64,000 bases of DNA. Source: Anaerovoracaceae bacterium (lineage in GTDB: Bacteria > Bacillota > Clostridia > Peptostreptococcales > Anaerovoracaceae). The notes beneath the pieces are model-generated. The model was not told the DNA's origin, did not search any database, and was given only the letters and a program-made list of their open reading frames with translations. The stretch covers positions 1,716 through 65,715 of the forward strand of contig CAVIGM010000003.1 of NCBI GenBank assembly GCA_963642455.1, in the 5' to 3' direction. Both the position numbers and the translations under genes were made by a program. This document shows, piece after piece, positions 44,762 through 54,069 of the stretch. The stretch's first letter is position 1, and each line of letters opens with the position of its first letter.

Positions 44762-46657
44762 TCAACTGTTCTCCGCAGCCTCTTTATAGTGGCTATAGCT
44801 TGTTATTCCGTCGCCCGTATTTGGATGAGTGTGGGTATAGACCATATCCCCCGCGAAGCTTGCAACAAGCACGGCACAGAGCGGAATCAATATGTTCAAT
44901 TTGATCTTCGACAGCATCCTTGCAAGCGCTGGCGCAATAATGTAGACGACTGCCATTCCGCCTATGGCGAATACAAGCAGACCTTCTGCGCAAATTCTTC
45001 CGTTGATATTAAGAAAATATCCTGTGTAATCCCACCAGCGTATTCCCTTGGTAGCCTCCAGAAAATACGAGGTGCTATATTCAACGATTCCGCAGAGCAC
45101 AATCGCAGCGGTCGCCTCGAGCGCAGGTCTGTCACGGAATCTCTTGAGAATAAGAAGTATCAGCACTGCTCCTGCTCCATAGATAGGAAGCCAAGGGCCG
45201 TGCATGGTTCCTCTGTTAACAAAGACTCCGTCATTTACTACATGAATCATTACCTCCCATGTCCATCCGCCAAAGGAGAATACGAAGAACATTGCTATGA
45301 TGTCCCAGATGCTGTAGGTTCTCAGGGCGTTGAATTCCCTCATCATCAGCTTAGATTTGATAAGCTTGACATTCTTCTCGCTTGCCTCCCAGAGCTTATT
45401 TAGGCGAGTCGGATATACTTCTCCCTCAGCGCAGCGGCATACCTTCTTGATGGTGAGGGCCTCCGCCTCGTATTTCTCATACTCTTGCTGCGTAGCTGTT
45501 TTGCCAATCCAAATGCCCAAATTATCCGCAAAGAATTTCTTCACTCCGCTAAGCTTGATTCTATTTGCTTCAATATCCTGTGTGCGCTCGTAAATATCTG
45601 CGTATTTTCTCTCAATCAGGCTCTTCTCAGGTCTTTCGAAGAGGTAGTAGTCATTGAGCTGATCAATTCCGACAAGGCGCTGCTTCTTACATTCGGATCT
45701 GATTACCGCATAGAATTCCGTATCTGCCGCGAGCTTATATGGGCCGACAAAGAAGAATTGCAACAAGCCGAAGCTGATATATGACAATATCTCCCATCCA
45801 ACGAAGGTCAGGTCAAATTTGAAGGTCTCCCATTTTCTGCCATTCATCATCATTCTCGAGAGTCTTATAGCCTCTTTAGGCTCTATATCTGGATTCTCTG
45901 CAATGATGAATGGAACAAGCCAATAGGAATAATATTTAATCACACCGCCGACTATCGTGAGGCTCCATAGGAAAAGCTGTAACTGAACCAAGAACATTCC
46001 CTTGGCCGCCTTCGACCACTTGCCGACACTTTTGAAGAAAAAGAAATGTGCTGGGTCTACTTTCTCGTATAACCTTGCCTCAAGGAAAATTCTCCGCATT
46101 ACAGCTCTATATAGGTTGATGACAAAGACCCATATAAGAACTATAACAAGTAAGGCAGCGAGAACCATAAGGGCTACCGATATCTTGCTGCTCTGGATGA
46201 CGGAATTTGTAGCCTTTGCAATCTTGACGATCAAGGTGCCGGATGATAAGTCGTTGGCAACTCCTGCGAGAATTCCGTATTTCCTGCCGAGAACGGCATT
46301 TGTAACTTTGGCTTTCTTGTATTTATTTGATTCGCTGTCGGCAATCTTCTCTGCCTCATCGTAGTCGCCGTCGTTCAGACTCTTTGTGAAAGCCTCCGCC
46401 TTGCTTGAATCATTTGAAATCAAGGACTTGATAAGCGTTCCCTCGAAGCCTGACTGTTGCTCTTCAATGCTTGCTAATCCTCTTGAGTCGCTCAGCGGTC
46501 TTGAGTCCACGAAGTAGCCCTTCTGTATGCCGAAAACACCTGCAACGGCAACGGTCAATATAAGTAGCACATAATGCTTCTTGAGGCTGGTCTTCGCCGC
46601 TTTCTTCCATTCTGTGCGCTCCTCGTGCGTGTATTTTCTCCTTGCTTGTTCTTCCAT
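44762..46657 (-). CDS. Polytopic membrane protein: DUF975-like module fused to a PF06541-like ('putative ABC-transporter type IV') module
   Basis: The middle part (VIKYYSYWLVPFIIAENPDIEPKEAIRLSRMMMNGRKWETFKFDLTFVGW) is DUF975-like. The C-terminal part (FSFGGWTWEVMIH...NRGTMHGPWLPIYGAGAV) is PF06541-like. Confidence 0.6.
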   Translation of the reverse strand: MEEQARRKYTHEERTEWKKAAKTSLKKHYVLLILTVAVAGVFGIQKGYFVDSRPLSDSRGLASIEEQQSGFEGTLIKSLISNDSSKAEAFTKSLNDGDYDEAEKIADSESNKYKKAKVTNAVLGRKYGILAGVANDLSSGTLIVKIAKATNSVIQSSKISVALMVLAALLVIVLIWVFVINLYRAVMRRIFLEARLYEKVDPAHFFFFKSVGKWSKAAKGMFLVQLQLFLWSLTIVGGVIKYYSYWLVPFIIAENPDIEPKEAIRLSRMMMNGRKWETFKFDLTFVGWEILSYISFGLLQFFFVGPYKLAADTEFYAVIRSECKKQRLVGIDQLNDYYLFERPEKSLIERKYADIYERTQDIEANRIKLSGVKKFFADNLGIWIGKTATQQEYEKYEAEALTIKKVCRCAEGEVYPTRLNKLWEASEKNVKLIKSKLMMREFNALRTYSIWDIIAMFFVFSFGGWTWEVMIHVVNDGVFVNRGTMHGPWLPIYGAGAVLILLILKRFRDRPALEATAAIVLCGIVEYSTSYFLEATKGIRWWDYTGYFLNINGRICAEGLLVFAIGGMAVVYIIAPALARMLSKIKLNILIPLCAVLVASFAGDMVYTHTHPNTGDGITSYSHYKEAAENS

Positions 46658-46751
46658 ATAATAATTCCTCTTTGCTATTCTATTGGTTTTCTTTGTTAAT
46701 CGGCCTTGCGATTATTTATTCTATTCTTTGTTAATTTGCTTTGCTCTATAT

Positions 46752-47633
46752 CTATTTGATTTGTTTGCTTTCTTCTTTGACGAGGTCTATAAAATGCTCT
46801 TCTATCGTCGGTAGTGGTCTGCCCTTGCGCCATACGAATCGGTAGTTGATATATTTATCATCGCCTGCAAGCTCCTTTGTTACAAGGCCTGGCCCCGGCG
46901 AGAATTCAGATTGAGGGAAGATGCTTATGCCGAGTCCCTCGTCACTTAGCATAGCCGCGTTGATGTAGCTGTCCACCTCGCAGACTATATTAGGCTCACT
47001 TCCGATCTGCCTGAACCATTTGTATATCATTTGAATGGCAGCTTGACGCCTTGGTACGATAAGTGGCTCGCCGATGAGTTCCTTAAGGTCGATTTCGCCT
47101 TTCCTTGCAAGTCTGTGGTCTGCACTCATGCTCACCGCGAGCTTCTGTCTTCCGACAAGGAAGCTGTTAAGAAGCGACTGGTCGCAAGGCTCTGTAATAA
47201 GAGCAATGCTTATAAGGCCGCTTCGAAGCTTCTCGGCAAGATCATCGCTGTTGCCTTCGATGATTCTGTATTTGACCTTCGGAAAGCTCTTCTTGAATTC
47301 AATAAGCCACTTCGCCAGAAGCTCCTTAGCCATTCCATCGACTATTCCAAGCGAAATAGTTCCCGTCATTCCGCTTTTCATCGAGCGAATCTCCGACTCA
47401 GCCTTCTCGGTCAGATTAAGAATCTCCTTCGCCCTTCTGTATAGAAGCTCGCCAGACTCTGTCAGCTTAAGCGTCTTCTTGTCTCTTATGAAAAGAATGG
47501 TGTCGAGCTCTTGCTCGAGATTTCTAAGCTGAATGCTAAGAGGCGGCTGGCTCATATTAAGCTTGGCCGCAGCCCTTGTAATATTTAGTTCCTCTGCTAC
47601 TACAACAAAGTAGGACAAGCTTCTTATATCCAT
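46752..47633 (-). CDS. LysR-family transcriptional regulator
   Basis: It has an N-terminal wHTH (FVVVAEELNITRAAAKLNMSQPPLSIQLRNLE) and a LysR substrate-binding domain. Confidence 0.85.
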   Translation of the reverse strand: MDIRSLSYFVVVAEELNITRAAAKLNMSQPPLSIQLRNLEQELDTILFIRDKKTLKLTESGELLYRRAKEILNLTEKAESEIRSMKSGMTGTISLGIVDGMAKELLAKWLIEFKKSFPKVKYRIIEGNSDDLAEKLRSGLISIALITEPCDQSLLNSFLVGRQKLAVSMSADHRLARKGEIDLKELIGEPLIVPRRQAAIQMIYKWFRQIGSEPNIVCEVDSYINAAMLSDEGLGISIFPQSEFSPGPGLVTKELAGDDKYINYRFVWRKGRPLPTIEEHFIDLVKEESKQIK

Positions 47634-47682
47634 GCAAGTCTCCTTTAACTCCTTTAGCTTATTAGATTATACACTTTTTTCA

Positions 47683-47691
47683 TGCTATAAT
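47683..47691 (+). promoter_or_regulatory. Extended -10 element (TGcTATAAT) 6 nt upstream of the dus-like ATG, candidate leaderless promoter
   Basis: TGCTATAAT at 47683-47691 is followed by tccatc and then ATG at 47698. There is no RBS. Confidence 0.5.
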
Positions 47692-47697
47692 TCCATC

Positions 47698-48612
47698 ATG
47701 AGTATCAAATTATATGCCGCCCCACTTGAGGGCGTAACGGGCTTTGCTTGGCGCAAGGCACACGACGAGGTCTTCGGCTATGCCGACAAATATTTCTCGC
47801 CTTTTCTCTCGCCGACAGAGCACCATTCTTTTACAACAAGAGAACTTCGCGATGTCACACAGAGCGAGCCTAAGCTTGTGCCCCAGATTCTTGCAGCTAA
47901 GGTAGACCATTTCGTATGGGCCGCCGAATATATGCGAGAGCTCGGTTATAGCGAGGTAAATCTTAATCTCGGTTGTCCGAGCGGCACCGTTGTTTCGAAG
48001 GGAAAAGGTTCGGGGATGCTTCGAGACCTTGTCGCCCTTGACAGCTTCCTTGACGGGATTTTCGCTAAGCTAAGCGACCTTCGTATTTCTGTCAAAACAA
48101 GAACCGGCCTAAGCGATTCAAGCGAGTGGCCGGCTATTCTTGATGTCTATAATAATTATCCAATCAGCGAGTTAATCATTCATCCTCGCGCAAAGGTCGA
48201 GCTGTATAAAGGCAAGGCCAACAGAGAGCTCTTCCTTGATAGCATGAATAAGACTAAGCTTCCCCTTGTATATAACGGAGATATTGCTGCGCCCGATGAT
48301 GCCGCACTGTCTTATGGGTGCTCACTCATGGTCGGTCGAGGTCTTATAAAAAGGCCTGCTCTTTATCGAGAGATTCGCGGTGGCAAGCCTGCAAGCAGAG
48401 ACGAGCTCTGCCGTTTCCACGAGCTTGTCTTGGAATATTATCAGCTATATATAAGCGGAGATTCTCAGATTCTTCATAAGATGAAGGAATTCTGGCATTA
48501 TTTCGAAGCTAATTTCGATGCGCCTGACTCTTATCTTAAGCGAATCTATAAGGCGAAATCCCTATCCGAATACAAAATGGCTGTCAGCCTTGTTATTCTT
48601 GCTCCTCGATAG
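47698..48612 (+). CDS. tRNA-dihydrouridine synthase family flavoprotein
   Basis: Dus motifs are present: MSIKLYAAPLEGVTG, NLGCPSG, IHPR, NGDI and MVGRG. I place the start at ATG 47698 (see the leaderless-promoter finding), not 47632. Confidence 0.8.
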   Translation: MSIKLYAAPLEGVTGFAWRKAHDEVFGYADKYFSPFLSPTEHHSFTTRELRDVTQSEPKLVPQILAAKVDHFVWAAEYMRELGYSEVNLNLGCPSGTVVSKGKGSGMLRDLVALDSFLDGIFAKLSDLRISVKTRTGLSDSSEWPAILDVYNNYPISELIIHPRAKVELYKGKANRELFLDSMNKTKLPLVYNGDIAAPDDAALSYGCSLMVGRGLIKRPALYREIRGGKPASRDELCRFHELVLEYYQLYISGDSQILHKMKEFWHYFEANFDAPDSYLKRIYKAKSLSEYKMAVSLVILAPR

Positions 48613-50863
48613 TCGAGTGAGCCGCGAGCCTCTTGAGGTTCTCGTCCGTTCCGACTATCCACAATATATCCCCTTCGAGAATTTGCATATTTGCATCTGG
48701 CATCTTCGTCGTATAAGCATCTCTTTCGATGCCGAGAACTATGCAATTTGCTCTTGCGCTTATTCCCGTATGCTTAAGCGGCTTGCCAGCATAATTCTCC
48801 GTTCCCTTGACCTTAAGTACAAGGCAAGACAGCGCATGGTCTGCGTCAGGATATCCGTTATCTAAGAAATCCTTAAGAGTTCTCAGATTCTCAAGCGGCC
48901 CGATATCAAGTCCGTTATGGAAAATTCTAAGAGACTCCTCATCTCCCATTACGTATACCTTGTCGCCCTCATGAATCACTGTATTTGCTGGCGGCATAGC
49001 TATATTCTTATTATGGTGCCTTATCTTAACGACATATACGCCAAGATTTCTTCCCCACGCAAGATCCTTAATTGTTTTCTCCGCATAAGGAGCACCTTCG
49101 GGTACGAACCAACTGAAGATTGAATAATCCTCTTCAAGCCAATGCTCGTTATTCATACCATTCTCCCTAATCGTTCTCTGATTCAAATTCGCAAGGAATC
49201 GAGCTTCAAGCTTCAGATAATAAGTAGCGACAAAGTCGAGCTTGCAGAAGACAACAAGCGCGAGCAGAATCAGAACAATAACAAGGTCGTAGCCTAAGTT
49301 GAACATCACCTTAAATGGAATATATGCAATAAAGACAAGTCCCGCTATCTTAATCAAGACCATTACAAAGAGTGGCGGTCTGTTGTAGAACTTGCTCATC
49401 CATAGCTGTGTGAACGCTATGCTGCGGCTTCCCATATATGGTCTTGCGAATAGCGCAATGATTCCATAAATGAGAACAAATATAATGAGCTTCGACAATG
49501 TCTCGGGGATGATAGCCGCAAGTTTTGGCTCTATCCACCTGCTTCCCGCAATAGATACAACAAGCATGATCGGGCCATAGATTACAAGCTTAAGGAAATA
49601 TTCTTTAAGAAAAGCATTCCAAGCCTCGACCTGCTCCGTCTCCTTGTCATTTGAGGTGTAGCTCTCGATGAGCTTCTTGAGCTTGCCTGGCAGAATTCTT
49701 TCGATCTGTTCAACGGTCTTGTCCGACTGCTTCACAAGGCCCGGCGTTAGTATAATCGTCAGAATCGATGCCGCAACAATTATCGGATACAAGGTTTCGT
49801 CCATAACTCCAAGCGACAATCCAAGGCTTGCAATAATGAAAGAGAATTCTCCTATAGGTGCAAGCGCAACTCCGCCTCTAACAGATGTGTCGAGGTTCTG
49901 TCCAGAAAGCACCATTCCAACCGTCGCGAAGATGAGCTTAGCTACGATTGCGATAACTGCGATTGGCACGATAATAGTCCATTTAGTAGCTATAATCTGA
50001 GGGTCAACCGTCATTCCTACAGATAAGAAGAAAACCGCTCCAAAGATGTCTTTGACACCTGATGTTACTCTCTCGATGTCGTGCACGTGCTTCGTCCCTG
50101 CAAAGAACGAGCCAGCGAGGAAGGCTCCAAGCTCCATTGAGAAGCCGAGCTTATTTGCGAGCAGAGCCATCATGAAGCAAAAGCCTATACTCAGAATCGT
50201 AAGTACCTCGTCAGACATGTGCTTCATCGCCTTATCAAGCCAGGTCGGAACAAGATAGATTCCAGCCACGAGCCATATAACAAGGTAGCAGAGCATCATA
50301 AGTATATGTGCAATCACACCACCCGTTCCGGTATTCTGACTCACTGCCATAGTCGAAAGAATAACCATTATGAAGATTGCGAGCACATCCTCGACGACCA
50401 AGGACCCAAGCACAAGCTCTGAGAATTTCTCTTTGGCTAAGCCGAGCTCGTCAAGGCATTTCTGTATTACAACAGTGGAGCTGATTGAGAGCATCGCCCC
50501 AAGGAAAACGCTGTTGGTCGTTGACATTCCCATCAGCATGCCGAAGCCATAGCCGACTATCATTACTCCGGACATTTTGACAAGCGCCGAAACGAAGGCC
50601 GTACTGCCTATTCTGACAAGCTTCTGGAAATTGAATTCAAGACCGATATGGAAAAGTATGATGACAACTCCTATTTCCTTCCAGATCTCTACTGAGCTGA
50701 TGCTCTCGACCTCAAGGAAATATGGGAAATATGGGCCGGTCAGAAAGCCGGCAAGAATGTATCCGAGTATCGTCGGAATGTTGAGCTTCTTAAAGATGAT
50801 GGCAACAACCGCAGCTGTTGAAAGCATGATTGCTAAATCAATTATCAGTTGTGGAATATGCAT
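48593..50863 (-). CDS. CPA2-family monovalent cation:proton antiporter with two C-terminal RCK_C (TrkA-C) domains
   Basis: The N-terminal part is a Kef-type exchanger core (LGYILAGFLTGP...). The C-terminal part has two copies of an ...EGD(K/I)(V/L)(Y/W)(V/I)(M/V)G(D/T)(E/D)E(S/N)L... RCK_C module. It overlaps the dus-like gene convergently by 20 nt. Confidence 0.75.
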   Translation of the reverse strand: MHIPQLIIDLAIMLSTAAVVAIIFKKLNIPTILGYILAGFLTGPYFPYFLEVESISSVEIWKEIGVVIILFHIGLEFNFQKLVRIGSTAFVSALVKMSGVMIVGYGFGMLMGMSTTNSVFLGAMLSISSTVVIQKCLDELGLAKEKFSELVLGSLVVEDVLAIFIMVILSTMAVSQNTGTGGVIAHILMMLCYLVIWLVAGIYLVPTWLDKAMKHMSDEVLTILSIGFCFMMALLANKLGFSMELGAFLAGSFFAGTKHVHDIERVTSGVKDIFGAVFFLSVGMTVDPQIIATKWTIIVPIAVIAIVAKLIFATVGMVLSGQNLDTSVRGGVALAPIGEFSFIIASLGLSLGVMDETLYPIIVAASILTIILTPGLVKQSDKTVEQIERILPGKLKKLIESYTSNDKETEQVEAWNAFLKEYFLKLVIYGPIMLVVSIAGSRWIEPKLAAIIPETLSKLIIFVLIYGIIALFARPYMGSRSIAFTQLWMSKFYNRPPLFVMVLIKIAGLVFIAYIPFKVMFNLGYDLVIVLILLALVVFCKLDFVATYYLKLEARFLANLNQRTIRENGMNNEHWLEEDYSIFSWFVPEGAPYAEKTIKDLAWGRNLGVYVVKIRHHNKNIAMPPANTVIHEGDKVYVMGDEESLRIFHNGLDIGPLENLRTLKDFLDNGYPDADHALSCLVLKVKGTENYAGKPLKHTGISARANCIVLGIERDAYTTKMPDANMQILEGDILWIVGTDENLKRLAAHSTIEEQE

Positions 50864-50972
50864 AAATAATCTCCTGTCGAATAATTTAAATATCTAATTG
50901 CGATATATCTTAGTATAACATAGCCCGAGCCCCGCTTTATAATCGTTATGTGTTGAAAATAAATTGTATGTT

Positions 50973-50990
50973 TTGTATACATTTATACAA
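50973..50990. promoter_or_regulatory. Perfect 7-4-7 palindrome TTGTATAcattTATACAA (candidate operator)
   Basis: It lies in the 296-bp divergent spacer between the CPA2 antiporter and the AGCS symporter genes. Confidence 0.4.
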
Positions 50991-51159
50991 AAAATGGCTC
51001 AAAACTATGGACATGGCATTTTCATTTTGGTAAAATAGCGGCAGATTTTTAAGCAGTTACTATGTTTTTGAACAAAAAAGCATAATACTGAGGCTAAGAA
51101 CAAAACACAATCAAACCTAAGCAAACGCGAATTAAATCAAAGAAAAAGGAGAATCAAGA

Positions 51160-52584
51160 ATGAACGCATTTGTAAACTTCATGAACAACTGGCTTTATCA
51201 GCCATACATTGTTCCTCTATTTCTGATTGGTGTAGGTATTTACTTCACAATTAGAACAAAGGCTGTACAGATCAGACTTTTCCCTGAGATGTTCAGGGTT
51301 GTTATGGAAAAGCCTGAGAACGAGAACGCTGTATCATCTTTCGGAGCATTGATGGTATCAACAGCATCGAGAGTAGGTACAGGTAACATCATCGGTGTAT
51401 GTACCGCTATTATCCTCGGTGGACCTGGAGCTATTTTCTGGATGTGGATTACTGCTATTTTCGGTGGCGCTAACGCATTCATCGAGTCAACTCTTGCTCA
51501 GATTTACAAGAAGAAGAGAGGCGATGACGGCACATATTATGGCGGCCCTGCTTACTATATGCAGAACGCACTTGGTCAGAGATGGCTTGGAGTTCTCTTC
51601 TCAATCCTGATCATTTTCACATATGCTGTTGGATACAATATGCTCGCTGCATATAACCTCCAGTCAACATTCGCTAACTTCAGTTTCTACGGCGATAAGA
51701 CTCCTGCTATCATCGGAGTTATCCTCGCAATTCTCTTCGCTGCAGTAGTAATCGGCGGAGCTAAGAAGCTGACAAAGGTAACAGAATACCTCGTTCCTAT
51801 CATGGGAGCAATCTATGTTATTATGGCTATCGTAGTTCTCGTACTCAACGGAAAGAACCTCGGAACAATGTTCGGAATGATCTTCCAGAGCGCGTTTGAC
51901 TTCAAGTCAATCTTCGGTGGATTCGCAGGATCATGCATCATGTGGGGACTTAAGAGAGGTCTTTACTCCAACGAAGCTGGTATGGGTTCTGCTCCAAATG
52001 CTGCTGCAAACGCAGACGTTGCTCACCCAGTTAAGCAGGGACTTGTACAGGCTCTGTCAGTATTCATCGATACACTGCTTATCTGCACAGCTACAGCATT
52101 TATGTGCCTCTCATCAATCGGTATTGACTCCGCAGCATATAATGTTGACGGAAGCGCAGACGCTGCAGGATATGTAGGTGATTGTCTTACAGCTTCACTC
52201 GGAAGCTTCGGACCTATCTTCATCGCAATTTCGATGTCACTCTTCGCTTTCACAACACTTATCGGTAACTATTCATACTGTGAGGGCTGCTTAGCATTCA
52301 TTCTCAAGAGAGACATTACTAAGACAGAGGCTCTTATCTTCAGAATCGTTGCTACAGTTGTTGTATTCCTCGGAGCTATCGCATCTGCATCACTTGTATG
52401 GAACACTGCAGATATGTGCCAGGGTCTGATGGTAGTTACAAATATTCCTTCAATCGCAATTCTTGGTGGAGTTGCTTGCAAGGCACTTAAGGACTACACA
52501 GATCAGAGAAAAGAAGGAAAGGCTCCTGTATTCAAGGCTGCTAATATCGGACTTGACGAGAGCAAGGTTGATTGCTGGAAGTAA
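51160..52584 (+). CDS. Alanine/glycine:cation symporter (AGCS family)
   Basis: The 474-aa protein has AGCS motifs (SRVGTGNI, GLKRGLYSNEAGMGSAP). Confidence 0.85.
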   Translation: MNAFVNFMNNWLYQPYIVPLFLIGVGIYFTIRTKAVQIRLFPEMFRVVMEKPENENAVSSFGALMVSTASRVGTGNIIGVCTAIILGGPGAIFWMWITAIFGGANAFIESTLAQIYKKKRGDDGTYYGGPAYYMQNALGQRWLGVLFSILIIFTYAVGYNMLAAYNLQSTFANFSFYGDKTPAIIGVILAILFAAVVIGGAKKLTKVTEYLVPIMGAIYVIMAIVVLVLNGKNLGTMFGMIFQSAFDFKSIFGGFAGSCIMWGLKRGLYSNEAGMGSAPNAAANADVAHPVKQGLVQALSVFIDTLLICTATAFMCLSSIGIDSAAYNVDGSADAAGYVGDCLTASLGSFGPIFIAISMSLFAFTTLIGNYSYCEGCLAFILKRDITKTEALIFRIVATVVVFLGAIASASLVWNTADMCQGLMVVTNIPSIAILGGVACKALKDYTDQRKEGKAPVFKAANIGLDESKVDCWK

Positions 52585-52600
52585 AGTAGAAGTAACGCAC

Positions 52601-52630
52601 AGGGCGGACCGTCGGTCCGCCCTATTTTTA
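52601..52630 (+). terminator. Terminator of the AGCS symporter gene
   Basis: AGGGCGGACC-gtc-GGTCCGCCCT is followed by ATTTTTA. Confidence 0.75.
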
Positions 52631-52799
52631 TTGATTATATTGCTGATATATTGCTGCGTCACGAATTTGAAACACGTCACAGATTACTTCCTAAATTGGT
52701 CCTAAGTCGCCAAATTTCCTATGTATATGAAGCCTCAAATGTGCTATACTCTATCTAATATCTACTATGAGTTCAAGATAACAGAAACGGAGTGATATT

Positions 52800-53888
52800 T
52801 TGTTAGGACAGCTTCAAATTAATTATATAATTCCTGTAGCGGCTTGCATTTGCTTTCTGTTTTTCCTTTACTTCGGAAAATCAACCGCAATGAATAATAT
52901 TTCTGGTTATTTTATTGCCGGAACAATCACGATTCTCTTCATTATTGTGGCAGAGATTTGCGAGCCTAAATTTTCATACCCTAATTATACAACTGTTAAT
53001 TGGCAGCGCTGGCTATTCTCTATGATGGCTTATATGTTGCGTCCAGCGGTAGCTTATTTCCTTCTTTTGATACAATTTCGAAATGATTCTAATAAGAAGA
53101 AGACTTCGCTTATTCTTGCGATACCGCTTATTATAAATGCAATCTTCTTGCTGATTTCGCCATTATGCGGCATTGTATATACTTTTGATGCTGCGAATAC
53201 ATTCAACGGAGGTCCTCTTAGATACCTGCCTTTCGCAGTAGGCTTCATATATCTTTGCTATCTGGTGATTTTCCTTGGAATCTCTTCCAAAAAGAGCAGT
53301 GGCAAAGAGTGGACAGTCTTCATTCCAGTCATCATAATGATTGGTATTGCAGTCTATTTGGAATCGTTCCGCAATCTTCTGGGTTCGCTTCCACTTGCAT
53401 GCATCATCGGTATGATATTCTATTATGTATATTTCTATATGGATTATTATACAAAGGATGCCCTCACTGGAGCTTATCAGCGAAACAAGTTCTATCATGA
53501 TATCAATCATAACGGCCAAAGATATTTCATCATCTTCGATATGAATGGTCTTAAGCGCATTAACGATGAGCTTGGTCATATATGTGGAGATAATGCACTC
53601 AGAAGTTTTGGCCATATAGTTCTTTCCGTATTGCCACCTAAGGCAACTGTCTACCGCACAGGCGGTGATGAATTTGCAATTCTGTATTCACATGCAAACG
53701 AGAAAGATGTCCTTGAACTAATAGGGGTAATCGAGAGCAAGACAGATGCAGATTCTCTTCCTTACGGATTCTCGTATGGTTATTCCAGCTTCGATAAGTC
53801 CGTGGATTTCAATTCCGCATACAAGGAAGCAGACGTAATGTTATATAAGAACAAGGATAAATTCTGGCAGAAGTACAGAGCGAATTAG
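52800..53888 (+). CDS. Membrane-anchored diguanylate cyclase (GGDEF)
   Basis: A polytopic N-terminal module of about 190 aa precedes a GGDEF domain (RTGGDEFAIL). The start is TTG behind GGAG. Confidence 0.75.
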   Translation: MLGQLQINYIIPVAACICFLFFLYFGKSTAMNNISGYFIAGTITILFIIVAEICEPKFSYPNYTTVNWQRWLFSMMAYMLRPAVAYFLLLIQFRNDSNKKKTSLILAIPLIINAIFLLISPLCGIVYTFDAANTFNGGPLRYLPFAVGFIYLCYLVIFLGISSKKSSGKEWTVFIPVIIMIGIAVYLESFRNLLGSLPLACIIGMIFYYVYFYMDYYTKDALTGAYQRNKFYHDINHNGQRYFIIFDMNGLKRINDELGHICGDNALRSFGHIVLSVLPPKATVYRTGGDEFAILYSHANEKDVLELIGVIESKTDADSLPYGFSYGYSSFDKSVDFNSAYKEADVMLYKNKDKFWQKYRAN

Positions 53889-53956
53889 ACTAACAGAATC
53901 AAATTAGGTTAACAAGTTAGATTAACAAGTAAGGTTCAAAAATAAGATTAACAAAA

Positions 53957-53992
53957 CCCGATGAGTGTAGATTCAAACTCATCGGGCTTTTC
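53957..53992. terminator. Bidirectional terminator between the convergent GGDEF genes
   Basis: The stem is CCCGATGAGT..ACTCATCGGG. AAAA lies upstream and CTTTTC lies downstream. Confidence 0.75.
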
Positions 53993-54069
53993 TTATAAAT
54001 CATAGCAAGTTCGGAGTGAGAGCGTGTCATCAAGCAAGCCTTGCCTCGCTTGCCTCGCTGACGCCTCGC

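Noticed and set aside
47632-47697. Longest-ORF start codons in the track: 47632 (dus-like), 13925 (rplS), 24542 (CYTH), 37644 (etfB), 61379 (lipoprotein), plus 51 (ychF) and 63810 (AlbA_2-like).
   Set aside because: In the first five cases an internal start has a properly spaced Shine-Dalgarno sequence or promoter and matches the conserved family N-terminus. For ychF and the AlbA_2-like gene, the frame is open to the window edge and the upstream residues are clearly part of the conserved domain.
50864-51159. A glycine riboswitch upstream of the alanine/glycine:cation symporter.
   Set aside because: No GGAGAG...CACCG-type glycine aptamer core is visible and no terminator or antiterminator is present. 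The region is A/T-rich promoter DNA with only the 18-bp palindrome.
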